Shown here: positions 62,523 to 64,000 of the stretch, one piece after another | Layout of the letters: each line of letters begins with the position of its first letter | Position numbering within the stretch: the stretch's first letter is position 1 | Source of the DNA: an uncultured Gammaproteobacteria bacterium | GTDB lineage: Bacteria > Pseudomonadota > Gammaproteobacteria > Steroidobacterales > BM003 | Assembly (NCBI GenBank): GCA_963699835.1 | Contig: CAVOVJ010000008.1 | Location: forward strand, 73,417 to 137,416 | Direction: 5' to 3' | DNA: 64,000 nt | Notes under the pieces: model-generated | The model's input: the letters and a program-made list of their open reading frames with translations, nothing else | Databases searched by the model: none | Told to the model about the DNA's origin: nothing | Translations under genes and position numbers: made by a program

Positions 62523-63978
62523 ATGACAATGCGACAACGCGTACTGCACGGTCTCGGCCTGGCTGGTTGCCGGACGCGGAATCGCCCAGACCATTCAGCT
62601 GGGTCGCGACGATCTATGTCATTCGCCTGCTCGCGCCGGAAGACTATGGCATCGTCGCGATCGCAACCGTGCTTTTCGGCTTGTTGATAAGACTGTGCGA
62701 TGCGGGATTTGGTAATGCGGTCGTCGTCAGCGAGGATACGGACAAGCGAACCCTGCAGGAATTTTTCGGCTTCCTGCTGATCATCAGCATCGGACTCGCT
62801 CTCTTGCACTTGCTTGCGCACCGCTGCTGGCTGCGTTTTTCAAAGAGCCGCGAATCGTTCCGGTCATCCAGGTTTTGTCTCTGGGTTTCGTTTTTACCGC
62901 TCTCTCGATCATCCCTTCGGCGCTTTTGACAAAGAAGATGCATTTCAAGCGCTTTGCCATCGCGTCTTCGATTGCGACGCTCAGCGGGACCGACGGTTAC
63001 CGTCACCCTAGCATTCAAGGGTTACGCATTCTGGTCGCTGATCATTGGCCAACTGCCACGCAGTTTGCGATCGCCATCGTTTTCATGGTTGCCGCGAAAA
63101 CATGGCTTACTACCGCGATTCCCCGCAAGCAAACGATGTCTCTGATTTCCGTTGGCAGCTCCATTACAGCGGCGAGCCTGCTGTGGTATTTCTACACGAA
63201 ACTCGACGTATTCATTGCCGGACGACTATGGAACTCGACCGTACTCGGGATATTACACCGTGCCAGTTCATCTGGCGCGTCTGCCTGCGGGCAAAGTCAT
63301 GCCGTTGCTGCGCAAGATTGCAATGCCGTTCTTTGCGGAACTCCGCGCCAACCCGTCCGCCGTCGCGTATTATTTCCGCCGCATATTCAGCGTTGGCGCA
63401 CTTGTCTCTTTGGCGTATTTTTCGGCATTGCGAGCGTCGCGCCCGACCGCTGTACCGCTAATTGCTCGGCGACAGATGGGCACCGAGCACTTGGCTTGTT
63501 GTTTACCGTATGTCTCGGAATGCCATTCTCCAGCCTTATCGGTCTTTATAGCCCGATTCTTCAGGCCACCGGCCATCACGCTTTGGCTCTTTCCAACACG
63601 ACGCTGGCATTGGTCCTGTTTTCCGTGACATTTACCGTGGGAGCGCTGCAGGGTCCGTTGGGCCTTGCGTCCGCGTGGGCCATCTCATTCCCAATATTGT
63701 TTCTGATCATCACCTTGCGGTCCGCACCACGCTTGGGTGTGCGACCCACCGATGTCTTCATGAACATCATTGCGCCGCTCTCTGCCGCAGCTTTGATGCT
63801 GGCGGCAAACCTGATTTATTGGCACTTTTCACCCTTCAACATGCAGCCTGCTGTGATGCTCGCTACTCAAATTGTGCTGGGTGCCGCGACCTACATCTTT
63901 TCGCTATTGCTACTGGATGGCAAGGCGCTCAAATCGGCCATCGCGATGGTCGCAGGCAAAAGAACTAAGGCCGCCTGA
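62523..63978 (+). pseudogene. Wzx-like polysaccharide flippase (MOP superfamily); at least 4 frame breaks
   Basis: IYVIRLLAPEDYGIVAIATVLFGLL..., VLSLGFVFTALSIIPSALLTKKMHFKRFA and many further TM segments in ORFs 62459..62929, 62875..63978, 63152..63628 and others. Confidence 0.6.
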
Positions 63979-64000
63979 AATGGGAAAACACATGACCACT

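Noticed and set aside
1-64000. Looked for CRISPR arrays, transposases, integrases, phage genes, toxin-antitoxin pairs and known defence-system signatures.
   Set aside because: None seen. There are no regularly spaced direct repeats, no DDE/tyrosine-recombinase motifs and no flanking tRNA. The window reads as core or accessory chromosome rather than a mobile island.

Overview
GC-rich (by eye roughly 60-65%) chromosomal segment of a Gram-negative, proteobacterial-type organism with about 50 genes. I saw no rRNA, tRNA, CRISPR array, transposase, integrase or phage genes. All family names come from motif recognition by eye; no HMM or BLAST search was run.

Main blocks:
- 1-3.3 kb: CRTAC1-like FG-GAP/UnbV gene plus a TPR gene.
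- 3.4-11.3 kb: YbdK ligase and N-formylglutamate amidohydrolase pair, a PAS/GAF/GGDEF/EAL signalling protein, and typA.
- 11.8-18 kb: a TonB-dependent receptor behind a sigma-54 type promoter, then a translationally coupled radical-SAM / O-methyltransferase / secreted-protein module lying divergent to a DedA/VTT membrane protein.
- 18-36.6 kb: the most interesting block. A PEP-CTERM protein with a cohesin-like domain sits next to a dockerin/TSP3-tagged secreted protein. Next comes an NtrC-type two-component system flanked on both sides by near-identical -24/-12 promoters. One of those promoters heads a tightly coupled operon of about 11 genes, with a MoxR / DUF58 / BatA-N / vWA core, an alpha/alpha-toroid secreted protein and a terminal cytochrome b561.
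- 36.7-45 kb: a BtuB-like receptor, then two paralogous PKD-metalloprotease-PPC lipoproteins flanking a small secreted protein.
- 45-53.8 kb: srkA, a truncated Calx-beta/PQQ-dehydrogenase remnant, galE, a VanZ gene, glrK / lipoprotein / glrR, and purU.
- 53.9-64 kb: an HprK-related kinase / PqqD / nucleotidyltransferase module, then exosortase-A-type EPS genes (acyl-CoA ligase, PLP decarboxylase, GT2, flippase, beta-helix protein).

As sequenced, about 35-40 reading-frame breaks are visible. They cluster strongly at 0-3.3, 14-17 and 57-64 kb. This is either indel error in poorly resolved regions or real decay; I label the affected genes pseudogene 'as sequenced' with that caveat.
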